From: Octopus sinensis
Taxonomy: Eukaryota
Assembly (NCBI RefSeq): GCF_006345805.1
Contig: NC_042998.1
Coordinates: forward strand, 206,956,001 to 207,020,000
DNA: 64,000 nt
Direction of reading: 5' to 3'
The notes beneath the pieces were generated by a model. The model saw only the letters and a list, made by a program, of their open reading frames with translations, searched no databases and had not been told where the DNA came from. Each line of letters opens with the position of its first letter. Position 1 is the first letter of the stretch. Shown here in pieces: positions 12,620 to 24,906 of the stretch. Both the position numbers and the translations under genes were made by a program.

Positions 12620-13255
12620 AAGAAGGTTCGGTAACTTATTTGCTTTATTTATCAAGTTATAACAAAAGCAGCCCAGAATTCAAAGTAGAGGCCATCGTGT
12701 GGCACCATCTGAAGCCACCTTTCTGCCATTTATTTGATCCCTCACTGATACCAATCTTGTCCTTCACTGAAGCTTTCACTTCCTCTTGGTTGATGAAGTG
12801 AGCCATGGACTGGAACAAGTAATAATCTGAGGGAGCTAGGTCTGGATAATATGCTGGGAGTTTATTCCAGGTCATTCATTCAAGCAGAATGAGGTGTGTT
12901 GTCATGGTGCTGCTAAAGAGCTCATTTTCCATTAACCAATGCTGAGTATTTTTGCTACATAATGGCACACATGCCCTCCAGCTGTTCAGTGCACAGGTTG
13001 GCATTAATGGTTCAACTGTCCAAAATGACCTCGTAGTGAATCATCCACTCGTAATTCCATCAGACAGAGAATGTCACCCTGTCTTTGAAATGCCTATGTT
13101 TGGCAACAGGTCCCAGAAGCTGGCCCTGGCTCACTACAGCTTATGCATGTTAGGATTGTGGAAAAATGTCTCCCTTTGAGGGTTATTCGTTCCAATCCAT
13201 AGCTCACTTCCTGCACCAAAATATTGCAAAACTTTTGACTCAACACAAATGTCGC
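12620..13255 (-). pseudogene. Degenerate mariner transposase remnant
   Basis: Reading ..IHYEV..TINA..QHHDN.PH..WNKLPAYYPDLAPSDYYLFQSMAHF across frameshifts and stops; the YSPDLAPSDY-type motif carries the third catalytic Asp. Confidence 0.85.
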
Positions 13256-15509
13256 AATCGTTACCTGCGTCGCATTACTGGCACTCGGGCCCCGTGCTAG
13301 TAGGGTATTAAGAGCACCATCTGAGCATGATCGTTGCCAGAGCGGCTATCTGGCCTCTGTGCCAGTGGCACATAAAAGACACCATTAGAGCGTGATCATT
13401 ACCAGCATCGCCTTACTGGCACCTGTACCGGTGGAATGTGTAAAAGATTCGAACGAGGTTGTTGCCAGTGCTGTCTGACTGGCCCCGTGCCGGAGGCACG
13501 TAAAAGCACCCACTACACTCTCGGAGTGGTTGGCATTAGGAAGGGCATCCAGCTGTAGAAACACTGCCAGATCAAGAGTGAAGCCTGGTGCAGCCATCTG
13601 GTTCGCCAGACCTCAGTCAAAATCGTCCAACCCATGTCAGCATGGAAAGCGGATGTTAAATGATGATGATGATGATGATGAAAGGCTGAAAGAGACTCTT
13701 GATGGTGTAACAAGTGAATGGTTACTAAACTGATGGTGACAGCGAGTCAATGGGAAACTCAAAAATGTTGTCTTCATTTCTCCATCAACATGTTTGAGCT
13801 CACTACCCTACATTAACAAAACACCAATGATACAGTGAAACCGAGAACTGAATGTCTTGACCTTAGCAACACAACAGTTCTGGTGACACAATACATACTG
13901 TCAACCTTTGGAATAACAAGTCAACCCCCAACCCATTTTGTCATCTTTGTTAAACAGCTGAATTATTGAACAAATAATATTTTACATTATTTTTCTATTT
14001 GGTCTGCAAGATTCTTGATGTGAAACAAATCTTGTTGTGTTGGGAGGGTTTTTACACCAATAACGACACATGCACTGGTTCAGCATCACTTCTTTATTAG
14101 TCAATTGGTTACTCTCACACTCTTACCTTCTCTTCTAAGCAAATACACATCTACATTCACACAAGCATAAAACCAATTCTTAGACAGACTCGGGGCAGAC
14201 CTTGAAGGGAAAGGGCAAGTCATTACAAAGGTCAGAAATAACGATGAAAGGGCTTTGACTAAAAAAACAATCAATTGTTTAACCATCATATTAAACAAAT
14301 GATTGATTAGTTAATTGGTTAGATACTTAACCAATTGACTGACAATTACGAAGTGGTATTGAACCTGTGCATGTGTTATCAGTGGTATAATGACCCTCCC
14401 AAAATAACAATATTTTGCAAGCATATCCTATTAAAAGTTTTGCACTGTATTTATTAACCCTTTTGGAACTAACCTGCCCCAGAATGCTCCTGGTTCTATG
14501 ATACAAGCTTCCTGTTTGAGTGCAACCTAAATACTTCCCACTGAATTCTCATGCCAATTTATGTTCTAAAAATGACAGAATGCATTTTATTAAATTCTTT
14601 GTTATTTCCAAAATAAATGGAAACAAAGCCAGAGTATTTCAACAAATATGTTAACAAAAATGTTAATTAAGGAATTTCAGTTGGAAGATTAACATTGGTA
14701 ATTAAACAATAAATAAACAGGACAGCCTCAATAACCTAAGAGTGGCTGTGTGGTAAGAAGTCTGCTTCCCAACCACACGGTCCCTGGTTCATTCCCACTG
14801 CATAACTTGGGCAAGTGTCCTCTATGATAACCTTGGGCTGACTAAAACCTTTTGAGTGGATCTGGTAAATGGAAACTGAAAGAAGCTTGAGACCTCTGGA
14901 GGTATGCTATGACTGAGAAGACCTGGCAAATAAAGTGAGTTCACAGCTGTAACCCCTACACCAGTGTCGCATAACCAGCCCACTCAAAAGTACCTTGGAT
15001 TGTAGGATGAGATGCTGTGCTTGAGGAGACCTATTGAGTCAAATACTTCAACATCAAAATCAAATCAAATGGAAGTTGTAGTTGTGACCCCAGTGCTAGT
15101 AGCATGTAAAAAAGCACCATTCAAACATGGCTGATGCCAGTGCTGGTGGCATGTAAAAAGCACCATCCAGTTATGGTTGATGCCAGCTCCTCTGGCTCCT
15201 GTGCTGGTGGTACATAAAAAGCACCCACTACACTCTCGGAGTGGTTGGCATTAGGAAAGGCATCTAGCTGTAGAAACATTGCCAGATCAGATTGGGGCCT
15301 GGTGCAGCCTCCTGGCTTCCCAGACCCCAGTCAAACCGTCCAACCCATGCCAGCATGGAAAACAGATGTTAAACAATAATGATGATGATATACATTTAGT
15401 ACATTAGATGTTTGTAAAAACAAATGCTGTACTGCGTAAATATACAATACGACAAAGAGAAATAAGATCAGTTTAACCACTTGTTCATTATTTCTATTTC
15501 TTAACTATA

Positions 15510-15960
15510 TCTTTTATTGGTTTCAGCCAAAGGCTAAGGCTAAGCTGGAGCATCATCTTTCAGTGGGTTCGGATTTCTTATCTGTAGTGAGTAGTGAGTT
15601 GGATGGAGCTGCTCCTCATTGTGCCTCTTCCACAATGTGGGTCCATCTGGTATCCCAGAAATTTGTCCAGATGCTCTTTGAAGACTTCCACCTTTTACAG
15701 CTTGAAAATCTCTCAAGTTGTTTGGTAGAATGTTGAGCATTTGTGGTCCCATGAAACGCAAGCTGTTACATCACTGGGTCCTTATTCTAGATGGAGAAGG
15801 TGGGATCATTGGTCCAGTTCTGGACATATTCCTACAAGAATCCAGCAAAGTCAGTCTGGAAGACTTCCAATATTCCGTGAAAAACATGCCAGGGCATAGG
15901 GAAATATTACATTGCTTGCGAAAAGGTAAGGGTCAGGCAGTTGAAAATCTGCCTCAATAA
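15510..15960 (-). mobile_element. CR1/L2-like LINE 3' fragment
   Basis: Frame SRIRTQ*CNSLRFMGPQMLNILPNNLRD..GIPDGP, then a 3' tail GATGATGCTCCAGC..GGCTGAAAC. Confidence 0.7.
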
Positions 15961-17123
15961 ACTCAGTCCAACCTATGCAAGCAGGGAAAAGTGGACGTTA
16001 AAATGATGATCACCCAATGGAAACTGTATATACTAGCCACCATATTCATACCAATTTAGTCACTTCTGTGTGTGTGTGTGTGTGTGTCTGTCAATAGTTA
16101 TTGTATGTGTTTGTGTACACACACAGTCTCAAAATGCCGAAACAATGCTTAGCTCTTTCTATCGTAATTGCTTTTAAGATTTTCTAGACTCAGTGCCATA
16201 AAAGTCACATTTTCACACACAGCTCATAAAATGCTTTTATGACCAACAGAGGTAGACTTAATTCTGCTTTCTCATTCACACTCCTCCAACAGCTTTACTT
16301 TCCTGACATTCAGTACTAATTATGTCACAGCAAAAACACCATACAATAACTATTGACTTTCTTACAGACTGACTCTCTCTCCCTCTCTCTCTCTCTCTCA
16401 TCATCATTTAACGTCTGCCTAACACACACCTTTGATCTTTTACTTGTTTCAGTCATTAGACTGTGGCCATGCTGCAGCACCACATTGAAGGATTTTTAGT
16501 GGAATGAATTGACCCCAGCACTTATTTTTTTTTTTGAAAGCCTGGTACTTATGCTATTAGTCACTTTTGCCAAACCGCTAAGTTCATCACCATCATTTAA
16601 CGTCCGCCTTCCATGCTAGCATGGGTTGGATGGTTTGACAAGAGCCAGCCAGGCAGAAGCCTGCACCAGACTTCTGTGACTGTTTTGGCAGAATTCTTAC
16701 AGCTGGATGCCCTTCCTAACACCAACCACTCAGCAGAGGGGACTTAGTGCTTTTTACATGGCTCAAGCACAGGCAAGGTCAGTTTTGGCAAGGTTTTTAC
16801 AGCTGGATGCCCTTCCTAACACCAACCATTCAGCAGAGTGGACTTAGTGCTTTTTATGTGGCACAAACACAGACAAGGTCAGTTTTGGTGAGGTTTTTAC
16901 AGGTGGATGCCCTTCCGAATGCCAACCACTTTACAGTGTGGACTGGGTGCTTTTAAGTGGCACCTCCACCGACAGGGTTGCCAAGTACCTTGCAAGACAA
17001 AAGGGGAAATCTTTTAAGAGAGAAGGGGATGCTCTTGTGTCAGATGATGAAAGGTTATAGTGAGGCAGAGAGACAGAAACAGGTATCTTGCTGGGGGCGG
17101 GGAGACAAAGAGATCAGGAATGA

Positions 17124-17159
<36 letters not shown>

Positions 17160-19627
17160 CACTGGTGACAGTGCTATGCAAAAAGCAGTGGTGAGGTTGC
17201 CATATAAATAACAAAGTACACTCTGTGAAGTGGTTGGTATTAGGAAGGGCATCCAGACATAGAATCCTTGCCAATGATATTTGTGTGTGTGCACCCTTGT
17301 CTTGACACCATGTGATAGCTATAATTGAATGCCATCATCTTACAAGTAATGTTTATTATTTCCAGTCATCAACATCATCATCATTTAACGTCCGTTTTCT
17401 ATGCTGGCATGGGTTAGATGGTTCGACTGGGGTCTGGGAAGCCAGGAGACTACACCAGGCTCTCCAATCTGATCTGGCAATGTTGCTACAACTGGATGCC
17501 CTTCCTAATGCCAAACACACCGAGAGTGTACTGGGTGCTTTTTACGTGCCATCATCACAGGGGCCAGAGGGGGCTGGCATCAACCATGATCAGATGCTGC
17601 TTTTTATGTGCCACCGGCATGGGAGCCAGTCAGAGTGGTGCTGGCATCGGCCACATTCGGATGGTGCTTTTTACGTGCCACCGGCACAGGAGTCAGTCTG
17701 TCAAAAACATGTCTAGCTGTAAGGAAATGTTACTTTACTTGGAAACTGGAAAACAGGAGGGGGTTGGCAACAAGAAGTGCATTTGAACACAGGAAATCTA
17801 CCTTGACAAAGCATAAAAAAGTTGGTTTAAAATGACGATGATGATAATAATCGATGAAGCCATGCTAATGTTCCAACTTGATACACTAAGTACCAGCTGT
17901 ACAGTTGTGTACTCCTTGCATTCATGATTTGAAAAGTACAACTGCTACTCACCAGATCATTAACTGGTCTTTGTGATTTAAAAAGTATTGATTTTTTTTA
18001 GCTTATTGGCTAGATCCTTCAATTCATCTGGCAATACCATCTGTCGATTCCCATCCAAGCCCTTCTTCTAATAAAAAGTTTGATAAGCCTTCCTCATCAT
18101 CATCATCGTTTAACATCCGATTTCCATGCTGGCATGAGTTGGATGATTTGACTGAGAACATGCAAGTTGGGAGGCTGCACCAGGCTCTCCAATCTGATTT
18201 GGCAAGCTGGATGCCCTTCCTAACGCCAACCACTGAGAGTGTAGTGGGCATTTTTTATGTGCCACCAGCATGGGAGCCAGTCAGGCAGCACTGGCATCGG
18301 CCACACTTGAATGATGCTTTTCATGTGCCATCAACACAGGTAACGGCTATACTTGAATGGTGGTCTTATGTGCCTGACAGGTGGTACTGGCACCGGCCAT
18401 GACTATGGTAGAATAAAAAGTTTTTCTGAGTGAGGAAGGTTTGTTTTTATTTTCATATGGGTGTTGAAATGCAGGCGTGGCAGGGTGGTAAGAAGTCTGC
18501 TTCCCAATCACATCATTCTGAGTTCAGTCCCACCACATGTGAGTAGATTTAATGGATGGAAACTGAAAGAAACCTGTTGTATGTGTGTGTATTTGCCCCC
18601 CACCCCCCGCTTGACAAGTGTTGGTAAGTTTACATCCCCATAACTTAGTGATTCAGCAAAAAGGACCGACAGAATAAGTGCTAGTTTAAAAAAAAAATTG
18701 TGGTTGATTTGTTCAACTAAAAATTCTTCAAACCCCAGCATGGCCGCAGTCTAATGACTGAAATAAGTAAAAGAGATAAAAAGGGCAAAGTTTTTAGTCA
18801 GTTTTAGTGAAAATATTAACCTAACATGGCTGTATTTATTTATTTATTTATTATTGCAAACCTAACTCTGTGACACATTATTATATAATTATAAATCTAA
18901 GATATGATTTGGTGGGGCAGAGTCCAAATCTAATGTCTATCCTCAGCTTATTTGAAGCCATGTAGTTACTAGAGCAGCCAGAAATAGCAGCCAGATTCCT
19001 CTGTCCGTCTTCCAAATGGAAGGATACATTTGATAAGGCAGTATGGGGGCATGGGGATAAAAAAAAAAGGAGACAGGGTGCTTTACATGTTGGAAGTCTT
19101 TGATCATAAGTTAGTCATTGAGGGCCGGTCAGCAGAGATAAATAACAAGGAGAACCGCTTTTCTTCTTAAGATATCCGTGTAGCTAACGAGCTCACTGTG
19201 CAGGCTCTGTGGTTTTGGGTTCAATCCCTGACCTGACCCAATGTCTTCTGAGTGGATTCGACAAATGGAAACGGTGCGGAAAGCCTGCACGTGTGCATGT
19301 TTGTCCCCACCACACCACCTGACAACCTAATATTCTATAATGTTAATCCAAACAAGAAAACACAAAAAAACACAACACGAGGACGTGGAACAAATAACTG
19401 AAAGAAGCATAGAGCATCCCAAAAGAAATATGGTAACGAAAGGGTTAATAGTTATTTATATTTATATATTTTTGGAGATGTACTTGCATAGCAAGTGACC
19501 TGATCTGAGATCATGTGCTGGAACAAAAACAATTGCAGTGTGGAAGGTGTTTATAAGCCATTTAAGAAACATGCAAAAACCGTTAGATTCACAAATTGGA
19601 CGCTCAGGAAAGAAGGGAAGACAGAGG

Positions 19628-19662
19628 GTTTAACGTTTCGAGCGGAGCTCTTTGTCGGAAAC
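19628..19662 (-). ncRNA. Degenerate minimal hammerhead motif (core CCGACAA)
   Basis: GTTT CCGACAA A GAGC tcc GCTC GAAA C GTT AAAC: all three stems present, palindromic ACGT stem III, mutated core including G8A. Confidence 0.5.
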
Positions 19663-19821
19663 ATAGGAGAAGGAAAGATCCCGAGAAGGGAAGACAGAGG
19701 AAAAAAAAATCGCCAACGGTACACACGAGGTCACATTCTATAATACTTCACAACAAATCAATATTGACATTTTATCATTATTTCAATAACAACATATCTA
19801 AAGATATAATATGCAAGAATT

Positions 19822-20073
19822 AATACATTATTTACACTATTTACATTTGACGGATATTTGTCCCCATCTTGTTTGTTGTTAACACAACGTTTCGGCTGAT
19901 ATACCCTCCAGCCTTCATCTGGTGTCTTGGGAAAATTTCGAACCTGGGTTCTCATTCCTAAGATATTTTTCAATGTTCTTATTATTATTATTCAAGTCAC
20001 TGCCTGGAATCGAACTCGGAATCTTGGGGTTAGTAGCCTACACTCTTAACCACTACGCCATATGCCCGTGGGC
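19822..20073 (-). mobile_element. tRNA-headed SINE-like element containing a minimal hammerhead (19881-19926)
   Basis: A box TGGCGTAGTGG (20050-20060), B box GTTCGATTCC (20006-20015), (AAT)n linker, GACAC CAGATGA A GGCTG..CAGCC GAAA C GTT GTGTT, tail TGTAAATAG-TGTAAATAA-TGTA. Confidence 0.7.
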
Positions 20074-20377
20074 AATCACAAGTTATCATATGTACATCCA
20101 CAATAATAAATAACTTATTTATACTCAAAATTATATAAATACAACAAACGCAGCACGGAATTTTGTCAGTGAACAGATCGTGGTCTCAGAGCGACAAAAA
20201 TATTTTGGCAAATTAAATTTAGATGTTGAAGTGAATCTAACGGTTTTCATGTGTTTTTAAATGGCTTATAAACACCTTCCACGCTGCAATTGTTTTTGTT
20301 CCAGCACATGATCTCAGATCAGGTCACTTGCTATGCAAGTACATCTTCAAAAATATATAAATATAAATAACTATTAA

Positions 20378-20592
20378 CCCTTTCGTTACCATATTTCTTT
20401 TGGGATGCTCTATGCTTCTTTCAGTTATTTTAAATATAACAAAGAATTTAGTAAAATAACTTAGCTATCATTAAGCTATTGTTAAGAAAATAAATTGTGA
20501 CCAAGGTTTGGTGGGAGATTTTAATTGAAAACTTATGGTAACAAAACATTTGTACTACAGAGCCAGTTTCAGCCGAGTTGGTAATAAAAGAG
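20378..20592. mobile_element. piggyBac-type MITE
   Basis: TTAA on both sides; termini CCCTTTCGTTACC / GGTAATAAAAGAG; same family as 45851-46071. Confidence 0.75.
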
Positions 20593-21051
20593 TTAAGCTT
20601 AGAAATAACTACCTTCATAACTATTAACCATTGTTGGTTTGGTTATGTCCTTGTAATTTAGCAGTTCGGCAAGAGACTGATAGAGTAAGTAGGTCTTGAC
20701 TATAACCTTTCAAGGCAGTGCTCCAGCATGGCCACAGTTTAATGACTGCCACAGATAAACAACAAAAGATATTATGTAAATAAAAAGAAACCGAAGGAAA
20801 TTACTAATGCACACCGCCTTTTATGTACAACCTGACATCTAAAACTGGATATGCAAGTTGGAGATATTCAATGTACAACAGAAAACATTTTATATCATTG
20901 AGTAGAAATAGGTAGAGCCATGTATATGAGAGAGAGAGAGAACTGTATAGAAAGGTGCTTTTACAATAAAGTGGAAATGCCTATAATAATGGATTTTATT
21001 TTTGCACACAGTAAATAAGATATTTGGACCTGCATTTGTGGTAGACACTCT

Positions 21052-21457
21052 CTTTACTCTTTTACTTGTTTCAGTCATTTGACTGCGGCCATGCTGGAGC
21101 ACCGCCTTTAGTCGAGCAAATCGACCCCGGGATTTATTCTTTGTAAGCCCAGTACTTATTCTATCGGTCACTTTTGCCGAACCGCTAAGTGATGGGGACG
21201 TAAACACACCAGCATCGGTTGTCAAGCAATGCTAGGGGGACAAACACAGACACACAAACATATACACACACACTTATATATATATACATATATACGACAG
21301 GCTTCTTTCAGTTTCCGTCTACCAAATCCACTCACAAGGCATTGGTCGGCCCGGGGCTATAGCAGAAGACACTTGCCCAAGGTGCCACGCAGTGGGACTG
21401 AACCCGCAACCATGTGGTTGGTAAACAAGCTACTTACCACACAGCCACTGCTGCGCC
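21052..21457 (-). mobile_element. Family A SINE, full length
   Basis: Reverse complement of the family A consensus from head to GTAAAAGAGTAAA tail. Confidence 0.85.
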
Positions 21458-21539
21458 TATAATAAGTATTTCATTTATTTGTCACGAGGGTGAAGGACAA
21501 GGGGGACAAAAGAAGCAGACATAAAGTGTGGGGGTTTAC

Positions 21540-21960
21540 GTATAATAATGAAATGATAAAAAAAAAAGAAAAGAAAGAATAGACGGTATACACTGAAAAA
21601 GAAGGGACAAATGCATAGCATACAAAGGTTTAAGAAAAAAAGTGGTGGGATGATAGAGATGTAGCCCTCCTGAAACAGGAACGTCTTTAGAGATTATCGA
21701 GGAATCCCACCGTTTGAGATTTCCTTGAAACCCCAAGAGCAAGTGCCCTCTTCAATTCCTTCTCACCGACTCACAGGTCTACACTTAGAGAGGTGCCATT
21801 TATGCAACTTTCACCCTCCTTTCAATGAACTCACTCGAGGACAGCACGTCTCTCTCTCTCTCTCTACTTTCAATTTCCCTTTCAAGTGAAACTTGAAATA
21901 GTCAATGAGAGCTCTACCAAAGAGGAATGTATCTGTCCTCATAATACTAGAGACAAATGG
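21540..21960 (-). mobile_element. L1/Tx1-like LINE 3' fragment
   Basis: Minus frame ..TDTFLFGRALIDYFKFHLKGKLKVER..VLSSSEFIERRVKVA resembles Tx1-type ORF2 ends; A-rich flank. Confidence 0.5.
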
Positions 21961-22738
21961 CTGAAGGAGATTGAAATAGAATGCCCGGTAGAGTTCCCAA
22001 AGAAAGTTTGCCTCTAAGGGACAGCAAGGATTATCAGGAAGGTTCTAAGCACTTGAAAGACCGGTGGCACGTTAAAAGCACCAACCGATCGTGGCCGATA
22101 CCAGACCCCCCATGGCACCTGTGCAGGTGGCACATAAAAAGCACCCATTACACTCGCGGGGTGGTTGGCGTTAGGAAGGGCATCCAGCTGTAGAAACACT
22201 GCCAGATCAGACTGAAGCCTGGTGCAGCCCCTGGCTTCTCAGACCCAGGTCGAACCGTCCAACCCGTGCTAGCACGGAAAACGGACGTTAAACGATGATG
22301 ATGATGATGATATATGTACCTTGGATTGTAGGGTGACATGCCATGCTTGAGGAGACCTATTGAGTCAAGTCCATCAAAATCAAATGGAAATTGTTGTTGT
22401 GATCCCTGTGCCAGTGGCACATAAAAAGCATCATATGAACATGGTCAATGCCAGCACCTCCCTGACTGGCTTCCGTGCTGGTGGCACGTAAAAAGCACCA
22501 ACCAATCATGGTTATTGCCAACCCCCTCTGGCCCCTGTGCTGGTGGCATGTAAAAAGCACAGACTACACTCTCGAAGTGGTTGGTGTTAGGTAGGGCATC
22601 CAGCTGTAGAAACCATGTCTGATCAGACAGGAGCCTGGTGCAGATCAGACAGAAGCCTCCTGGCTTCCCAGACCCCAGTCGAGCCATCCAAACCATGCCA
22701 GCATGGAAAACGGACGTTAAACGATGATGATAATGATG

Positions 22739-22793
<55 letters not shown>

Positions 22794-23242
22794 AACACAC
22801 AACAGGCTTCTTTCAGTTTTCAGTTTTTGTCTACCAAGTCCACTCATAAGGGCTTGGTCGGCCCATGGCTATAGTAGAAGACATTTGCCCAAGGTGCTAT
22901 GCAGTGGGATTGAACCCAGAACCATGAGGTTGGAAAGCAAGTTTCTTACCATACCGCCATGCCTGTACTTATATCTAATAGTAAAATCAGTTACTTCAAC
23001 AAATAAACAACTCCACCCATGATGTATGGCTAGAAAAAAATAAATAAATAAAAAACACAAAATTACCATTGCAGAGACTCTTATCTAATATCTAAAATTA
23101 AAGGCACATCAATTAGTGGTTTCAAGCTGCGTTACCCTATTAAATGAATTATTATACCATAGCAATTAAGTTGAATTAATAAGCTTGTGTGCTTCCCAAC
23201 CCTGTGACTTCAGGTTCAATTTGAGTGAGTGATATGTTGGCG

Positions 23243-23475
23243 GTGAGCTGGCAGAAACGTTAGCATGCCGGGCGAGATGCTTAGCGGTATTTCGTCTGCT
23301 GTTACGTTCTGAGTTCAAATTCCGCCGAGGTCGACTTTACCTTTCATCCTTTCGGGATCAATTAAATAAGTACCAGTTACGCACTGGGGTCGATATAATC
23401 GACTTAATCTGTTTGTCTGTCCTTGTTTGTCCTCTCTGTGTGTAGCCCCTTGTGGGTAGTAAAGAAATAGGTATG
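23243..23475 (+). mobile_element. CORE-type SINE (family D)
   Basis: GGCGGTGAGCTGGCAGAAACGTTAGC..GAGTTCAAATTCCGCCGAGGTCGACTTTACCTTTCATCC. Confidence 0.8.
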
Positions 23476-23577
23476 TTGGCCAAGTGTTCACTACAGCCCT
23501 GGGCTATAATAAAATGAATATGCTGTTTTGCCTTTGGCTTGTTGGCAACTAAAGTTTAGGAAGAGTTAATCATACAG

Positions 23578-23611
<34 letters not shown>

Positions 23612-24747
23612 ATGCATGTGTGTGCATATAAATTAGCTAACAGTGACAGAAGCAGCCTTAGCAATGAATATTAATTAGCACATCTGATCTAACTTGGATG
23701 TGTTGTTTAGAATGCCATAGACTGTAGAAAACGTCCTTAGATATCAATGCCTGTGTGTGTGTGGTGTGTGTGTGTGTGTATGCTTGTCTTGTCATCAAGC
23801 GATAGTTGTAACCATCATACAAGCTGTGTTCTTTGTTTCCAAGCTTCCATGAAAATATGGAAAAATATGACCTTCCTTGGAAACAGGTGAAGGCTGGTGA
23901 CAGGGAAGGCATCTGGACATAGAAAATCTACTTCAACAAAGTCTGTCCAACCCAAGCATTAAAACAATGACCCTACTTGTGAAGACCTGTTGAGGCAAGT
24001 GAAAATCAAAATCAAAATCGAAATCGATCAACATCAATGGAAATTGTAGCTGTGATACCAGTGCCGGTGGCACGTAAGAGAACCATCTGAACGTGGCCGT
24101 TGCCAGCCTCGTCTGGCACATAAAAAGCACCATCCGATCATGGCCGTTTGTCAGCCTCGTCTGGCACCTGTGCAGGTGGCACGCAAAAAGCACCCACTAC
24201 ACTCACGGAGTGGTTGGCGTTAGGAAGGGCATCCAGCTGTAGAAACACTGCCAGATCAGACTGGGCCTGGTGCAGCCTCCATGGCTTCCCAGACCCCAGT
24301 TGAACCGTCGAACCCATGCTAGCATGGAAAACAGATGATGATGATGATGACGACGACACACACACAGACAAAAAAAAAAAAAAAAACAGTCCCCAATATA
24401 CATCATTCTTGAATGATGTTGGTTGTGGGGTCCTTACAGTATCAAGGACATGTTGGTGGGTTGCACGTAGCTGCCTCCCTGGTTGCTGCTTCTTGGTGCT
24501 AAGAACGGTTTTGTTGAATGGCTTGATTCTTTGATGTATTTACTTGAATGTGTCAGTGGTTTTTTTTTTTTCCTTGAAGGATGTTTTTGTTGTTATTGTT
24601 ATTTTTGATGTTTTTGTTTTCTCAATTGTTTGCTGCAACCGGTAATTTAGTTATTCAAGAAAAGAAAAAGAAATTCTGTTTACGTAACAAAGTAATTATG
24701 TATTACTGAGCAAGTTGCTTGTTCTAAATTTGAAGGTGTATTTATTA

Positions 24748-24789
<42 letters not shown>

Positions 24790-24854
24790 AATTTCTGCGT
24801 AATGAGATAAAAAAACCAAGGCTGTGTAGATATTAGAACATTTATACAAAGAAG

Positions 24855-24906
24855 GTCTTACAGCTGTTTCTAGGATATTTATTAATTATATCCCTTCATC
24901 GGAGAC
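24855..24906 (-). ncRNA. Minimal hammerhead-like motif (core CCGAUGA), same family as 6216-6263
   Basis: GTCT CCGATGA A GGGATAT aattaataa ATATCCT A GAAAC AGCT GTA AGAC; palindromic stem III ACAGCTGT. Confidence 0.55.

Larger units (their letters stand above)
19392..20430. repeat. Inverted duplication with ~200-bp arms (19392-19592 / 20231-20430)
   Basis: Arms are high-identity reverse complements and share the same junction between a piggyBac-MITE end and another repeat. Confidence 0.85.

Noticed and set aside
13660-13735. C/D-box snoRNA-like ATGATGA..CTGA motifs (many places)
   Set aside because: ATGATGA comes from the (GAT)n tails of family B elements; there are no terminal stems or guide sequences.
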